From: Nemertoderma westbladi
Taxonomy: Eukaryota > Animalia > Xenacoelomorpha
Direction: 5' to 3'
Length of the DNA: 36,751 nucleotides
Assembly (NCBI GenBank): GCA_032718475.1
Contig: JAUCBJ010001658.1
Span: 1-36,751, forward strand
Part shown: in pieces, positions 22,851 to 35,202 of the stretch
Position numbering within the stretch: position 1 is the stretch's first letter
Layout: the number at the start of each line of letters is the position of its first letter
Notes under the pieces: model-generated
Told to the model about the DNA's origin: nothing
Seen by the model: only the letters and a program-made list of their open reading frames with translations
Databases searched by the model: none
Program-made: the position numbers and the translations under genes

Positions 22851-23175
22851 TTATTCCAGAACATGTCTGGGGACGCTAACCACTGATTCTATTAATTTTG
22901 TCTTTTAAGTATATCGGTGGGTGCTGCGATATCTTAATCGACTAAATTTTTAGAGGGTTGAAGGGTTTAACAGATTTTTATTTTAACATTTTGTTATAAC
23001 AAATGTTGTTAATATTTAACAGATAGTTAGTATTAGGATGGGCACCGATTTATTCCAGAACATGTCTTGGGACGTTAACCACTGATTCTATAAATTTTGT
23101 CTTTTAAGTATATCGGTGGGTGCCGCGATATCTTAATCGACTTGAATTTCAGATGGTCAAAGAGTTCAACAGATT
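22851..23175. repeat. Imperfect direct repeat of ~120 bp (offset 199) in the integrase/extra-ORF spacer
   Basis: TTATTCCAGAACATGTCT through GATATCTTAATCGACT at 22851 and 23050. Confidence 0.85.
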
Positions 23176-23729
23176 TATTGGTCAAAGAATTTAACAGATA
23201 CAGAGTAAAACTGTTAAACGGACATCTTTCTACTATATATATTATTTCGAAATACAGTATGAGAGCAATATTGCAAGAAGCAATGTCAGTGAGAAGAGGC
23301 AAGTCGTTTCCAAGGTCTACCCAGAGCTTGGTTTAGCCGAGACATGAGGATCTGAACTTTGCATTCCTAATACTCTACTTTACCAATAATACCTTAAGTA
23401 TAGTAGGAGCAGTATATATTGTACTTTAATAATAAGTACCGGTATTTCATCTTACTGTAGTCATGTATTTATAATAGAATACGGACAGTAAGGAAGGAGA
23501 AAATGAAATTATTTCCCACCGTTAACTAAATATATATTATACGCTAAGTAATAAAATACGAAATATATTGCACTCTTCTACTGAATAATCGTCTAGTAAT
23601 TATTCTACTAAATAAAATTAAATAAAACGATCATAATAACATAAATTACATATTAACGCATAAAACAAATAAAATAATGTTGTCAAACACCCACTCCAAT
23701 CGATGTTACATTATGGAGTCCCTAGATGT

Positions 23730-25269
23730 TTATTGGATTAGGGAGGTGGTCATAGGAAGAGTCCCTTGTTTACCGTAGTTACCAGATAACTCTTGGTCTC
23801 GTTCCAATAAACATAGGCGACCAACCGGGCGGTTAAGTTGCTGAGTTTCAAAGACAATTCCAGGTTTTTTTGTAGTTACGTCACATGACTACGAGTTTCA
23901 CTGATCTCACTAAACCATCATCGGATATGTGGGTCTCGATGATACGACCTGCCTGCCACCTCTTACGGGGAAGATCTGATTCCACTATGAGGACCATGTC
24001 TCCGGCGCTGACATTTTCTTGCTGCGCAAACCACTTTGTTCGAAGTTGCAGCGTAGGAAGGTAATATTTTTCGAAATGGTCAGCGAAACGATGGGATAAT
24101 AACTGCATAAGTTGCCAAGATTGTCGGCAGTATTTGTCTCAGTCCGTTATTTCCGACTGAGGAAAGCATGGCTACAGGTTTCTTCAGTAGGGAATGTGCG
24201 GGTGTTAGTGCTTCTAGGGAGTCTGGACTCGATGAGACTGGCATAAGCAGTCTCTTGTTGAGCTAGGCTGCTATTTCCTCCATTACGTGAGCAAAAGTTC
24301 ATCGGTGAGATACGCGCGGCACGGCACTACGAAGTGAAATGCGGTCTTCACGCTACGTATGAGTCACTCCCAACTTCCTCCCCACCAAGGGGCGTTGGCG
24401 GCATTGAAGGTCCAGCTGGATGCTGTCACTCTCAGCTGATCGTCCACCTGTCTTTGGTTCCAGTCATTTACATAAGCTTTGATCTCGTTGTTAGCTCCAA
24501 TGAAATTGGTACCTTTGTCAGATCGCATAGTATTGCTAGTCCCAAAACGAGTGATTTGACGGTGTAAACTCAGTATGAAACTGTTTGTAGATAGATCATT
24601 TACCATATCAACTTGGATCGCTCTACAAGTCATACAAACAAAGATGATGCACAATCGCTTGACTATAGTCCTAGCGCCCATTGGTAGAGGGTGGTTCTGC
24701 CTCTCGCTGTGTTAAAGGCCTACTAAATGCTTTCCTACATGGTATACAGTTCCTAAGAATTTGGTTTAGCGCTTTATGTGGCTTATGGAAATAATAGCGA
24801 GTTCGAATTTCGCTAAGAACTCGTTCTCTAGATGTTCACAGTAAGCTTTACTATGCTTACTGTGAACATCTACAATCATCTTGATTTGTATTTCAAGATT
24901 TCTAATTAGTATGGGGCACTTGGACACTTGGGAGTAAAGGACAATGGAGCATTGGTTAATCTCCCCCCGACACGTATTAGCCCATCTATGATTGTACTAG
25001 AAAAAGAATCCCTTAAGCGCATCATAACATTGCAGGAATCTCAATATTTGCTTGTTGGTATTGTCATGTTCTTGGTAACTGATTTTATCAGTTAGAAACT
25101 TAGTGGGTAGCTGATAAGTGGGAAGGTCTTTGACAGTGTGGACCTTTTCGGCTACTTGAGGGGTGGCGTCATTAGCGAGCTTTGTGCTGGAATAATGATG
25201 ATGGAAACATCGCTTTAAATATACAATGGCTTTGCAAAGCCTATTCCCGGTACTATAATGAGCCCTCAC
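23730..25269 (-). pseudogene. BEL/Pao integrase region (core and DUF5641-type C-terminus), disrupted
   Basis: IFVCMTCRAIQVDMVNDLSTNSF, SDKGTNFIGA, APWWGGSWE, YLPTLQLRTKW, GDMVLI, DGLVRSV and RPVGRLCLLE. Stop near 23730. Confidence 0.9.
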
Positions 25270-25561
25270 TCTCTGGATGATGGGAGAGAGTCCCTTTGAG
25301 ACATCTGGTGTTCCAGACTTCCAATCTCTTTCTCTTATTTCATCAATCGCTTTATTCGGGGCTCCATATCTATGGATTTTGGTTGGTTAGGATCCACAGT
25401 GGCGTCACCGGCGGTATGTAGCACAGACAAATCAATTGCTGGCTTGAACAGTTTGGATTTACTAGTCCGGGTTTAAGGTTTGACCTTTTCCGCTCCCTTG
25501 GCTTGTCTGATCTCAGCCGTGGTAAGATGGGGGGGGGGGGGGCATTCCTCCTCTTCTTTAC

Positions 25562-26500
25562 TTAGGAAGTCGGGCCACCTAACCAATCAGGAGTATCTGT
25601 CAGTTCTTGAGGAGTTGCTCCTCTGGAGGCAATGTCGGTGGGATTAATCGTCCCAGGGCAATGTCTACATTGATCTATATTAGTGCAACTGAGTATAATA
25701 GCTACTCGGTTAGTAATGAAGACGCTGAACTGACAGGCTTCATTAGTGATATATTCCAGAACGAGTAATGCGTCGGTCCAATAAACGGTTTTCTCTAACG
25801 GATATTCGATCTGTTCCATTACATTCTGGCCGATGGCTGTAGCGTATAGTGCCACTTTTAACTCCGCTCCAGGGACTCATAGTTTGTTATTTATTAGGGC
25901 CTTTGAGGTGGCTAATGAAACTTTAATTCCATCGGGAGTTTCAACCCTCAGGTAGGCTACTATGCCTATTCCGACGTCGTTGGCATCTCCAAACACATGG
26001 AGTTGATAGGAATAAGGGGGGAGAGCGTGACCGAAATACGAGCGGAAAATCTTAAAGTTCTCGATAGCTGGTAAAGAATTCTCCCACTTCATCCACTTCT
26101 TTAGCAGTTTTCCCTGGAGTGGATCATCCCAAGAGTGGTTTTCAAGCCACATTTGTTGCACCAGACTCCGAACAACCATGATTACAAGACTAATAAATCC
26201 CAATGGATCGAAATAAGTGCTCAGAATACTCAGGCAAATCAGTTTAGTTCGAACATGATTTTCACATTGTTTCAATTGAAAAAATAGAATGTCTCTCTCC
26301 GTATCCCATATCAGTCCAAGGGTTTTGGTTTCTGGGAGATCATCCTTAATGAGGTCAACATCTTTAACACCTCGGTCTTCCACTGGGATCGACTCCAGGA
26401 ACTCACGGGAGTTACTAGTGAATTTGGTTAGGCAAAATCCACCTCGTTCTAGGCACTCTTGGCAACCTCAATTGCTTCTTCCAAGACTGAGGGGAGGGAC
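25562..26500 (-). pseudogene. BEL/Pao RT C-terminus and RNase H (Pao 'peptidase A17' region), disrupted
   Basis: GGFCLTKFTSN, KTLGLIWD, FDPLGF, WDDPL, LHVFGDA, VAYLR, YWTD, FITNRV and NPTDIASRG. Confidence 0.92.
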
Positions 26501-26504
26501 TTAA

Positions 26505-28086
26505 CCCTATTAAACCCGGGGGGTGGGGTCAATATGACCCCCCCCCGTGGTTTTTTTATTATAATTCTGAAACAAACGCAGTTGGGAATCTGAAATTTTA
26601 TGACTTTTCCTAAAAATCTATTGTCTTCCTAGTTGTGAAAACCGTTTTCAAAAATATTGGGTACTTTTCGAGTTATAGCACCATTTTTTAACCCTACTTT
26701 TGGCACTTTTTTTGAGACGTTTTTTGAAAATTACATTTCATTAAATATGAATTGTAACATCTCTATTTTTGATTTACACCGGTTTTTTGGTGTTAGAAAT
26801 TTGATTAAATTCATATAAATGATTTAGAAATTTCAAACTTGTTTTTTTCGGTGGGTGCAAAATTTTGGTGCCAGCACCAAATTTTGAAATAAGTCAATTT
26901 TGTAAATTGATCGTTTGAAACTTGTTTTTTACGCAATTGGGGTTTTTTGGGTTTCTGGATTCGATGAAATATATACGAGTTGCACCAAGCGTATCAAACT
27001 TGTAATTTTCGGAGCTGTGTGCAAATTTTGGTGCTAGCACGAAATTTTGAAAATCCATTCAATAGATAGAATTGCTTGTGACAATATATTTCTTGCGTTT
27101 TAGAGGTTTATGGCTGTTCTGAATTCAATGGAAAATATAATTATCGAACTAGACATCTTAAACTTATATTTTTCGGATGTGGGTGCAAAATGTGGTGCTA
27201 GCACCAAATTTTGAAAAGCATCAAATATATCAATTGATTGTGTCACCTTGTTTCTTGCGTTATACGGGTTTGTGATGGTTCTGATTTCAATGGAATCAGT
27301 AAAAATTTCCTAAGAGTTCTCAAACTTGTATTTTTCGCCGGTGGGTGAAAATTGTTGTGCCAGCACCAAATTTTGGAAAATATGCAAATTGATAAGTAGA
27401 TAGTATCACCTTGTTTCTTGCGTTATACGGGTTTATGAGGGTCCTGAATCCGATGGAATCAATAAAAACAGCACTGGACAACGCAAACTTGTACTTTTTG
27501 GTGATGGGTACGAAATTTGGTGCTAGCACCAAAATTTGCCAATTTACGGCGAAAAATACAAGTAGCAATGATCTGGCATATTAGAAATGTATTCCATTAG
27601 AATCAGCGCCCTCGAAAACCTGAAAATGTGAATTTATAGCATGAATAAGTGAATTAAAAATTTTGTGTTCTAACTGAAAAGTGCTGGTTACTTGTTTTTT
27701 TTCATTTTTTTCCTACGCAGAGAGGACTAAACAGCCATTTATAGTAATCATATCATTTTTTAATATTTTCCAATGTATTTTGCACCCCAGAAAACCTGTA
27801 TTGAAAAATAATTAGCCGAAAATGTAACTTTCAAATTTGGTGAAAATTGTGCACTACTTGTAATTTTGGTGCTGCAATATAACCACATTTTTTCGAAATT
27901 TTGTTTTTTCGGTCGGATCCAGACATGTGATACCTAAGTACAAACAAAAAATCAGACGTTTTCGTAAATATTTGTAGAATTTAGAGGGGGGGGGGGTTAA
28001 GTAATTTTAGTTAGTAAATTGTAGTTAAGTCCCTCCCCCCCCCCCCCGGTATTTGTACAACATTTTATAGCCCGTTACTAATAGGG
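26505..28086. mobile_element. Non-autonomous piggyBac-like element (MITE 2) with internal ~162-bp repeats
   Basis: TTAA|CCCTATTA at 26501-26512 and TAATAGGG|TTAA at 28079-28090. TTTGGTGC(C/T)AGCACCAAA units near 26865, 27028, 27190, 27353 and 27516. Confidence 0.88.
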
Positions 28087-28090
28087 TTAA

Positions 28091-28985
28091 GGGGGGGGGG
28101 GGGGGGGTATGCCCCCCTCAGGTAAAATTTTCAAATTGTTGTTTCTTTATTTCATCTAGTGCAGAATTTAATGAGGACAATCTGAATCAAATCTGAAAAC
28201 CGCTTAGTGAGACCTCTTTCAGTTCTCGAGTTATCACTGTTTTTCCGTATGATGGTCTGTCCGTCAAATTGTAAGAAAGACAGAAGACCGACAGACAGAC
28301 AGACTAGATTCCACCAAAAATTAAAACTGACATCGGAAATGAAATCAGCGACCCCGAAAACCCCCGTAATTAACATTTTAGCTCGTTGGTGTGCATCCTT
28401 CATGCCGGAAATAATTAACCAACCAGAACGCAGACAGCCAATTTTGGCGGGACGGTTTAAGCTTTGAAGGGCATTTTCTCAGAATGACATTTTTCATTTT
28501 CAAATTACTACTCCTCCGTCATTTTTTAACCAATTTTCTTCGTTTATGGCTCATTCGAACGAGCTTTGGAAGCTCTTTAAAAGTTATCTTATGGAATTTT
28601 GATAAATATTACAATTTTTTCTAATTAGCCAATTTTAATTAAAATATGATAATTAATTAATTAATTAAATTAATTAAAATAAAAATGGCTAATTAAAAAT
28701 TATATAAGATAACTTTTGTAGAGTCGATCACGCTGAGTCCAAAAAAGTTGGTTTCAAGAAATTTGGAATAAATTGAGGGAATAGTAGCAATTTTAGTGAA
28801 ATCTTTAATTCCGCCGCCAGCCGCTAGGGGGAGGCTATAAATTTTCAAATTTTACTATAAAGGCTATTTGGCCTTCCATACAGTGGTTGACCATAACAAA
28901 ATAGCAATATTATCATTTAACACTAATTGACAGCCATTTTAAAAAAAGGTTCATGGGGTCGTAAACCCCCCCCCCCCCCCCCCCC
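28091..28985. mobile_element. Kolobok-like non-autonomous DNA transposon
   Basis: TTAA on both sides (28087-28090 and 28986-28989), G-run and C-run termini consistent with the RR..YY rule. No ORF. Superfamily is inferred from termini only. Confidence 0.6.
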
Positions 28986-28989
28986 TTAA

Positions 28990-29760
28990 GATTGTCATCC
29001 ATGTAAATATCTCGTTTGCTGTTGTCGATGACCGCTTTAGGGAAGGCGTCTCTATTATCATCGGCAGTGGTGCGCAGTACCAAACAAGCGTTCGCAGGGC
29101 TAGATATGATTCCGAAAGCCTGGATGGTCATCCAGTACTCCTCTCTGTTGAGGTTTCCTTCAGGCCACCACAGAAATCGTAGGCTATCCCTATCTCGCTG
29201 TAACGCTTTAACTTGCATAAACATGCCTTCAATGTCTGAGGCGAAGGCGATAGAATATTGCCGGAGTCTTAGTAATATTCCCAATAACGATTGGAGTAAG
29301 TTGGGTCCTGGCAACAACTCGGAATTAAGGGATTGTCCCTTATAAAGGGTGGAGCCGTCAAATACCACCCGGACTTTGTCTGGTTTACCAGGTTTAGGAA
29401 CGTAATGATGTGTCAAGTAATACATTCTTTCCATTATGGGTGTTTCCTCCGGCACTCGCTCCGTGTATCCTTTGTCGATGAATTTCCATAGTTGCGTCTT
29501 ATACATCTCTTTGGCTCGATCGTTAGATGATAAGCGCCGATGCAATTGTGCGATTCTCTTTTCTGCTAAGGGTCGGTTATTAACGAAGCTGGGTTCTCTT
29601 CGCCTAAAAGACAGACCAATCTCGTAACGACCCTCCTCCTTTATATAGCATGTAATTGTCACCTGGATTTTTTTAGCTCTCTCTTCCTCGACTGATAACG
29701 CTTCTTCGTAGGAATTAGGCTCTACAGCTTCTTGAGTAAAAAAACGCACTGCGTGTTCAT
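28990..29760 (-). pseudogene. BEL/Pao reverse transcriptase, N-terminal part up to YMDD
   Basis: YYLTHHYVPKPGKPDKVRVVFDGS, SLNSELLPGPNL, SDIEGMFMQV, LRFLW, FGIISSP and IYMDD. The polyG tail of ORF 28913-29749 comes from the inserted MITE. Confidence 0.95.
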
Positions 29761-29779
29761 CACGTATCTTATCATTATA

Positions 29780-30286
29780 TCACTCTACCACCTCATTGAG
29801 TTCGTCGTTGTAAGTTGATTTGGCAAAGCATTTGGAAAACTCTATAATCCCATTGCTAGGAAACTTCCTGGGCGCTACTAATTTTGCATACAGATATCTA
29901 GCTATGTTAGTCATATTACCATACCTGATGTTAAGTGTATCCCAGACTTGTCTTAATCCATCAGGATGTCCAATAATCTTTAACGCCATTAACTTGGGAG
30001 GACCTTCCAAACACTCGATGAGGAATCGTAGTTTTTCTCCGATAGATAGTAACAGATAGTAACCACTTCATCTCATCTCCATTAAACTTGACAACCTCTC
30101 CCACCTTTACAGCTTGACGAGCTTCCGTCCTAGTCATCTAGGGTCTGACACAACTACTGTAGGGATGGCCTTTCTTACAGTAGGTGGGGACTTGGACCTT
30201 GGTCGGGTCCTTTCTACACTTTGATCTGGGTAACAGATTGTCAGTTCCAAGAGGCTATCTGACAGTATCTGTTTTGGGTCAAACAT
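29780..30286 (-). pseudogene. BEL/Pao gag remnant (DUF1759-type), with the Gag C-terminus and protease deleted
   Basis: KFNGDEMKW and EKLRFLIECLEG...VWDTLNIRYG motifs. Candidate ATG at 30286. It abuts the pre-RT region with no zinc knuckles or protease motif in between. Confidence 0.7.
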
Positions 30287-30470
30287 AATTTAATCACAGT
30301 TGAATGCCTATCACTATAACAACAGTTAAAGTAAGTCGGGTCCTTTCTACACTTTGATCTGGGTAACAGATTGTGAGTTCCAAGAGGCTATCTGACAGTA
30401 TCCGTTTTGGGTCAAACATAATTTAATCACAGTTGAATGCCTATCACTATAACAACAGTTAAAGTAAGTC
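30202..30470. repeat. 133-bp tandem duplication spanning the gag start
   Basis: GTCGGGTCCTTTCTAC through AAAGTAA at 30202 and 30335, with GTC microhomology. Confidence 0.95.
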
Positions 30471-30811
30471 TAAGGTGAATCAGTATCAACTGTCAGTCTT
30501 ATAGTTACCAAATATTGTTACTCAAAGTAACGTAGGTAGATAATGAGTGTTAACACCGGTATACACTCTATAGTATATAACATTATTACACTAACTTATA
30601 TAACATAATAATAATAACTTATATAACATTATTACATTAACTACAGACACAGACTGATATTAGTCACTGAATACCGGTATATGGGTTTAGCCTAAGTTAT
30701 AAATATATAATAAGCTTAAGGTAGACACCGATATTACCAATAATTAAATAAAAACTGATTATATCCGATTTTAGGAATTATTTCCCCTTTACTCTATTAC
30801 TGATAATAAGC

Positions 30812-31813
30812 CTACTGGGGCGTCCTCCAAGGATACACACTTGCACCATTCTTGTTCATTATTGTGGTTGACTATGTTCTACGCATGACCTTAGATCATC
30901 ATAATGATGATGGGGTGATAATAACTCCACCTACTGGCTCCAGAAGTCGAGGAAATCCTGCCAAGTACCTAACTGATCTAGACTTTGCTGATGACTTAGG
31001 AGTACTCTCAGAATCATTAGAGTGAGCCCAACGGCTCATCAGCTCATTAGAACATGCTGCTTCTAGTGTTGGTATTTTTATTAACTCCAGAAAGACCAAA
31101 ATTTTGACAGTTAACTTTGAAAGTCCTCAGGAAGTCTCTGATCGGATGAGCATAAGCTCAAATGATGGTATGCTTGAGCATGTGGACGACTTCTGTTACC
31201 TGGGATCATGGATCCGGAAGTCAGGTGAGGACCTTCGAATACGTAAGGGAAAGGCATGGGCAGCCTTGAATAGGCTTTCCAGGATATGGTAGTCACCGAT
31301 AATTAATCGGAAACTTAAGGTCCGATTATTTAGAGCAGCAGTAGTTCCAGTACTCCTCTACGGGAGTCCATGCTGGGCTCTAACTGCTGAGGACACCAAA
31401 TCTCTGGATGGCACATTCATAAGAATGCTACGCCGGGTTCATTGTGTCAAGTACAATGCACACATCTCCAACCAGACACTATATAACATTGGAGGTGTCT
31501 CATTGGTTCCCCCAAGCTTGACACTAGAACAAAATCGCCTCCGCTTTGCAGGACATTGCTTTCGCCGTGAGGACCAGCCAGTGCATAATCTTGTACTTTG
31601 GCAGCCTCATGGAGTGAATAAGCATGGTGGACAGCCCATGACTTTCTTGAGACGCATCTTAAATGACACTGGCCTTGAAGATGCGGATGATCTAGCAAAT
31701 GTCATGGGTGATAGGGAGTTGTGGCGGTGCAATTTTGTTGACAAGCCGGCACAGCATTCTTAAAAATGCAGCTGCAATGCAGCATGCCGATCCTAGTAGT
31801 AGTAGTAGTAGTA
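30812..31813 (+). mobile_element. 5'-truncated RTE-clade LINE, copy 2
   Basis: Near-identical to 13948-14943. (TAG)n tail. TSD GATAATAAGC at 30802-30811 and 31814-31823. Confidence 0.92.
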
Positions 31814-32650
31814 GATAATAAGCAATAGGTTCAACTGATATTAAGACCTAATTGATGTATAACAGGCTAACTAATTTATAAATCTGATTGAGTTAAATTT
31901 ATAAATATATATGTACCCGTAATGGGTTTTTTCAATTATTGAAATAGATGTTATTATTTCTGAGTACGAAGTCACTACACAGAGGTTTGACGCTCTCAGT
32001 GGAGTGCTACTTGTTAGACACTAAATACTGATAGTTCTACTTAACTAAGTTACTTATCACTACTGATTACTTACGTATAACAGGTTGGGATTACACAATC
32101 TCTAAATAAATAATAAACAAAGTTACACGTACTATTTTTAGGGTAATTTTACAAGAATTTTACAAACCAGACTAACAAGAATTTAGAATTTCTAGATCTT
32201 ACAGGCTGATAGGGAATTTACGGAATTGTGAGACCAATAAAGTAGTATTCAATACGTTGTGATGTCCAGATAAGGAAATGTCACCGTATGATGGCTCATA
32301 GTCTACACTATAAACAAATGTACCCGGAGTGTCCTATACCTAGAGATTAATTATCGAAGCCTACGCTAATGGACCTATTAACCACGTTACAACACAAATA
32401 TACTGCGTATACACTAAATTAACTTTCAGGAAAGTGCAGTACTTTAAACCCTAGATTAGATACTAGCACTTATACAACATATAACTTGCAGTTAAATATA
32501 TGTGAACAGCTAAAAGAACCACAGCATCTGCTGGAGTGACCAGAGTATTTAGGCTTACTCATCCAATGCTAAAGAAATCACCAGTCTGTCCTACGCCAAG
32601 CAGTCCTGAAGTAGTACCGGGGTTAATTTAACTATTACGGTATGCATAAC

Positions 32651-33200
32651 TGTGACGGGATCTACGGATCCCGGTTTATCCATTGGGTTTTCTATCCACG
32701 CGTCCCCGCCGTGTGTGAAAGGTAAAAGAGTTCTGATGTTCGGTAATATGTATAAAGGTATAATAGTCTGATATAGCACAGTATAGTATGACACGGTTAC
32801 CGGTAGATAAGTATGATGGCGGTAGCGGATGGTGACAGAAGTCCCCGTCGACAGAAGTCTGATCTGACTGAGTAAACTAAACTGAATAGGGAAGCACCAA
32901 CAGGTAATATATGTACTGCACAGTTGGCCATATTACTGTACCTAGTCGATGCTGTCCCCCCATTGGCTAATATCCCACTTCTCGCCCTTTCACCTTCCCT
33001 GGTGTGTCTCCCGTTGCCCCTGTTGTTCTCTCTCTGTTAGGGGTTTGGCCCCTGACCCTTATTGTGTGTGTCTCCTTTGGGGCCTATTGTCCCCGTTTAC
33101 TGGGGTGACACGAGGTTGATTGGTAATCAACCTCGTGCTCCCAATATTGCTCAACGGCTTACTTTGTGGGTTCATGTTAGCGGAATTGGATAAGCTAACA
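32651..33200 (-). repeat. 3' LTR (550 bp) of the gag-only element
   Basis: TGTGAC and CTAACA termini, adjacent PPT, and motif similarity to the TSD-flanked solo LTR at 12925-15554. Confidence 0.8.
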
Positions 33201-33238
33201 CTCCCCCCCATGCTATCTTCCCGGTGAGAAGATAGCAT
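33201..33238 (-). promoter_or_regulatory. Polypurine tract and adjacent 11-bp stem-loop
   Basis: Minus strand GGGGGGGAG|TGT. Hairpin ATGCTATCTTC-7 nt-GAAGATAGCAT at 33210-33238. Confidence 0.75.
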
Positions 33239-33599
33239 CCACCAAAAAAGTGCGCTACAATTCCGCTGGATCCCGATCTAGTATCGGGTGTGGGGTGGGT
33301 TATTTTCTTTCGGAGCCGGCTTTCCGGGCCGCTCCCTATGGGTATGATATTGCTACCCTCTGGCGTTTCGTGTCGGGCCGATCGTGCGCTTCTCTCACAC
33401 AACTTTTGTTTCCCCAACACTTTCGCCCTGACTCTACTCTTCCTCTCCTCTCTTGCTCTAACTCTTGGACTTCCCTGTCCCTCACTCTTCCTCTCACTTC
33501 TCCCCCCCCCCCACGCTTGAATTGCGCCCGCACTCTCTCCACACTATCTCCATACCACCTCTCGCTATCTCTCTTGCCCTCCCTAAGGCCCTAATCTCT

Positions 33600-35170
33600 A
33601 ATGCTACCCCTGTGCTATCATACCATCTACCTACTGCTTACTAACTCTAACTATCTAACTCTACTAACTACTAACTCTACTCTCTGCTAACTCTCACTAC
33701 TTCTGGCTCTAACTAAAGCCTCTAACTTTCTACTAACTCTAACTAGAACTACTAAGTCTAACTAACTCCTACTAGCTCTCTACTTCTACTAACTCTACTT
33801 GACTCCTTTGAGTCTACCAACTCTCTAACTCTACTACCTGGCACCCTATGTGCCCTCTCTGCTCTAGTCTACCAACTCTCTAGCCCTTTAACTAGAACTC
33901 CCTAACTCTACTCACTCTTCTAACTACGTGGCGCTTGCGGTGCCCACAACTCCTTTACTACTACTTTCCTGGCACCCTATGTGCCCTTCTACTACTCAAC
34001 TACCTCTCTAGCTCTACTACCTGGCACCCTATGTGCCCTCTCTGCTCTACTCTACTACCTGGCACCCTATGTGCCCTCTCTACTACACTACTACCTCTCT
34101 AACTCTACTACCTGGCACCCTATGTGCCCTCTCTACTACTCTACTCTATCTCTAACTCTCTAACTCTACTACCTGGCACCCTATGTGCCCGTCTCTACTA
34201 CTCTACTCTATCTCTAACTCTCTAACTCTACTACCTGGCACCCTATGTGCCCGTCTCTACTATTCTACTACCTGGCACCCAATGTGCCCGTCTCTACTCC
34301 TCTACTCCCCCTTTACGTCTCATCGCCTACACGTGACGCTCTGAGTGCCGGCAGAGTGGGTACGTTAATTATGTGAACTACTACTGACTCTACTAACTCT
34401 TCAAACTCTCTTCTAACTCTACTAACTCTTTTTGTGCCCGGCACCTCTTGTGCCCGGCACCTTCTAACTCTACTAACTCTACTAACTCTCTACTAACTCA
34501 ACTAACTCTACTACTAACTCAACTAACTCTACTACTAACTCTTTTTGTGCCCGGCACCTCTTGTGCCCGGCACCCACCCTAATTAACATACCCTGCTCTT
34601 ACATCAAACACGTCATCACGCCCGTGCCCCACTAAGTTCAGCGCATTCCCTACTAACTCTAACTACGTGGCGCTTACGGTGCCCACAACCCTCTACTGCT
34701 ACTACTTTCTATGTGGCGCTTACGGTGCCCACAACCCTCTACTGCTCTACTAACACTCCTAACTAGCGGTACTACGTACCCTCTTACTACTCTAGCTCTC
34801 TCTACTAGCTAGCGGTACAACGTACCCTCTTACTACTCTAGCTCTCTCTACTAGCTAGCGGTACTACGTACCCTCTTACTACTTCTAACTCTCTCTACTA
34901 CTACCGGTACTACGTACCCTCTTACTACTCTAGCTCTCTCTACTAGCTAGCGGTACAACGTACCCTCCTACTACTCTAGCTCTCTCTACTAGCTAGCGGT
35001 ACTACGTACCCTCTAACTCTCCAACTAACTAGCGGTACTACGTACCCTCTAACTCTCTACCAACTAGCGGTACTTACGTACCCTCTAACTCTCTAACTAA
35101 CTATCGGTACTACGTACCACCCTTTAACTAACTAACTAACTAACTAACTCTTACTACCTAACTTCTACCT
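33600..35170. repeat. G-poor (CTA/CTAA/CT-rich) minisatellite region with repeated short hairpins
   Basis: GGCACCC(T/A)ATGTGCC 8 times (33840-34288). GGTAC-N3/4-GTACC 9 times (34768-35118, the first six at a 46-bp period). Confidence 0.9.
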
Positions 35171-35202
35171 ACTCTATTATTTAATTATTTTCTTATTTTT
35201 AA

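Larger units (their letters stand above)
11243..32650 (-). mobile_element. Decayed BEL/Pao LTR retrotransposon with an extra 3' ORF and several nested insertions
   Basis: Minus-strand order gag remnant, RT, RNase H, integrase, extra ORF, PPT, TGT. The 5' LTR and PBS were not found in the window. The lower boundary (11243, TGTAGAATCC) is tentative. Confidence 0.75.

Noticed and set aside
28025-28038. TTAAGTCCCTCCCC inside MITE 2 is the reverse complement of the left flank 26491-26504
   Set aside because: It is mostly TTAA plus a C-run next to a homopolymer tract, so chance cannot be excluded. The MITE consensus would be needed to decide.
32586-32598. Minus-strand TGGCGTAG as a tRNA-Ser primer-binding site
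   Set aside because: Only about 8 nt match and it is not adjacent to an LTR CA end.
33830-35120. Hairpin repeats with variable spacers as a CRISPR-like array or telomeric repeat
   Set aside because: Spacers are low-complexity variants of each other, and there is no sustained TTAGGG-type repeat.
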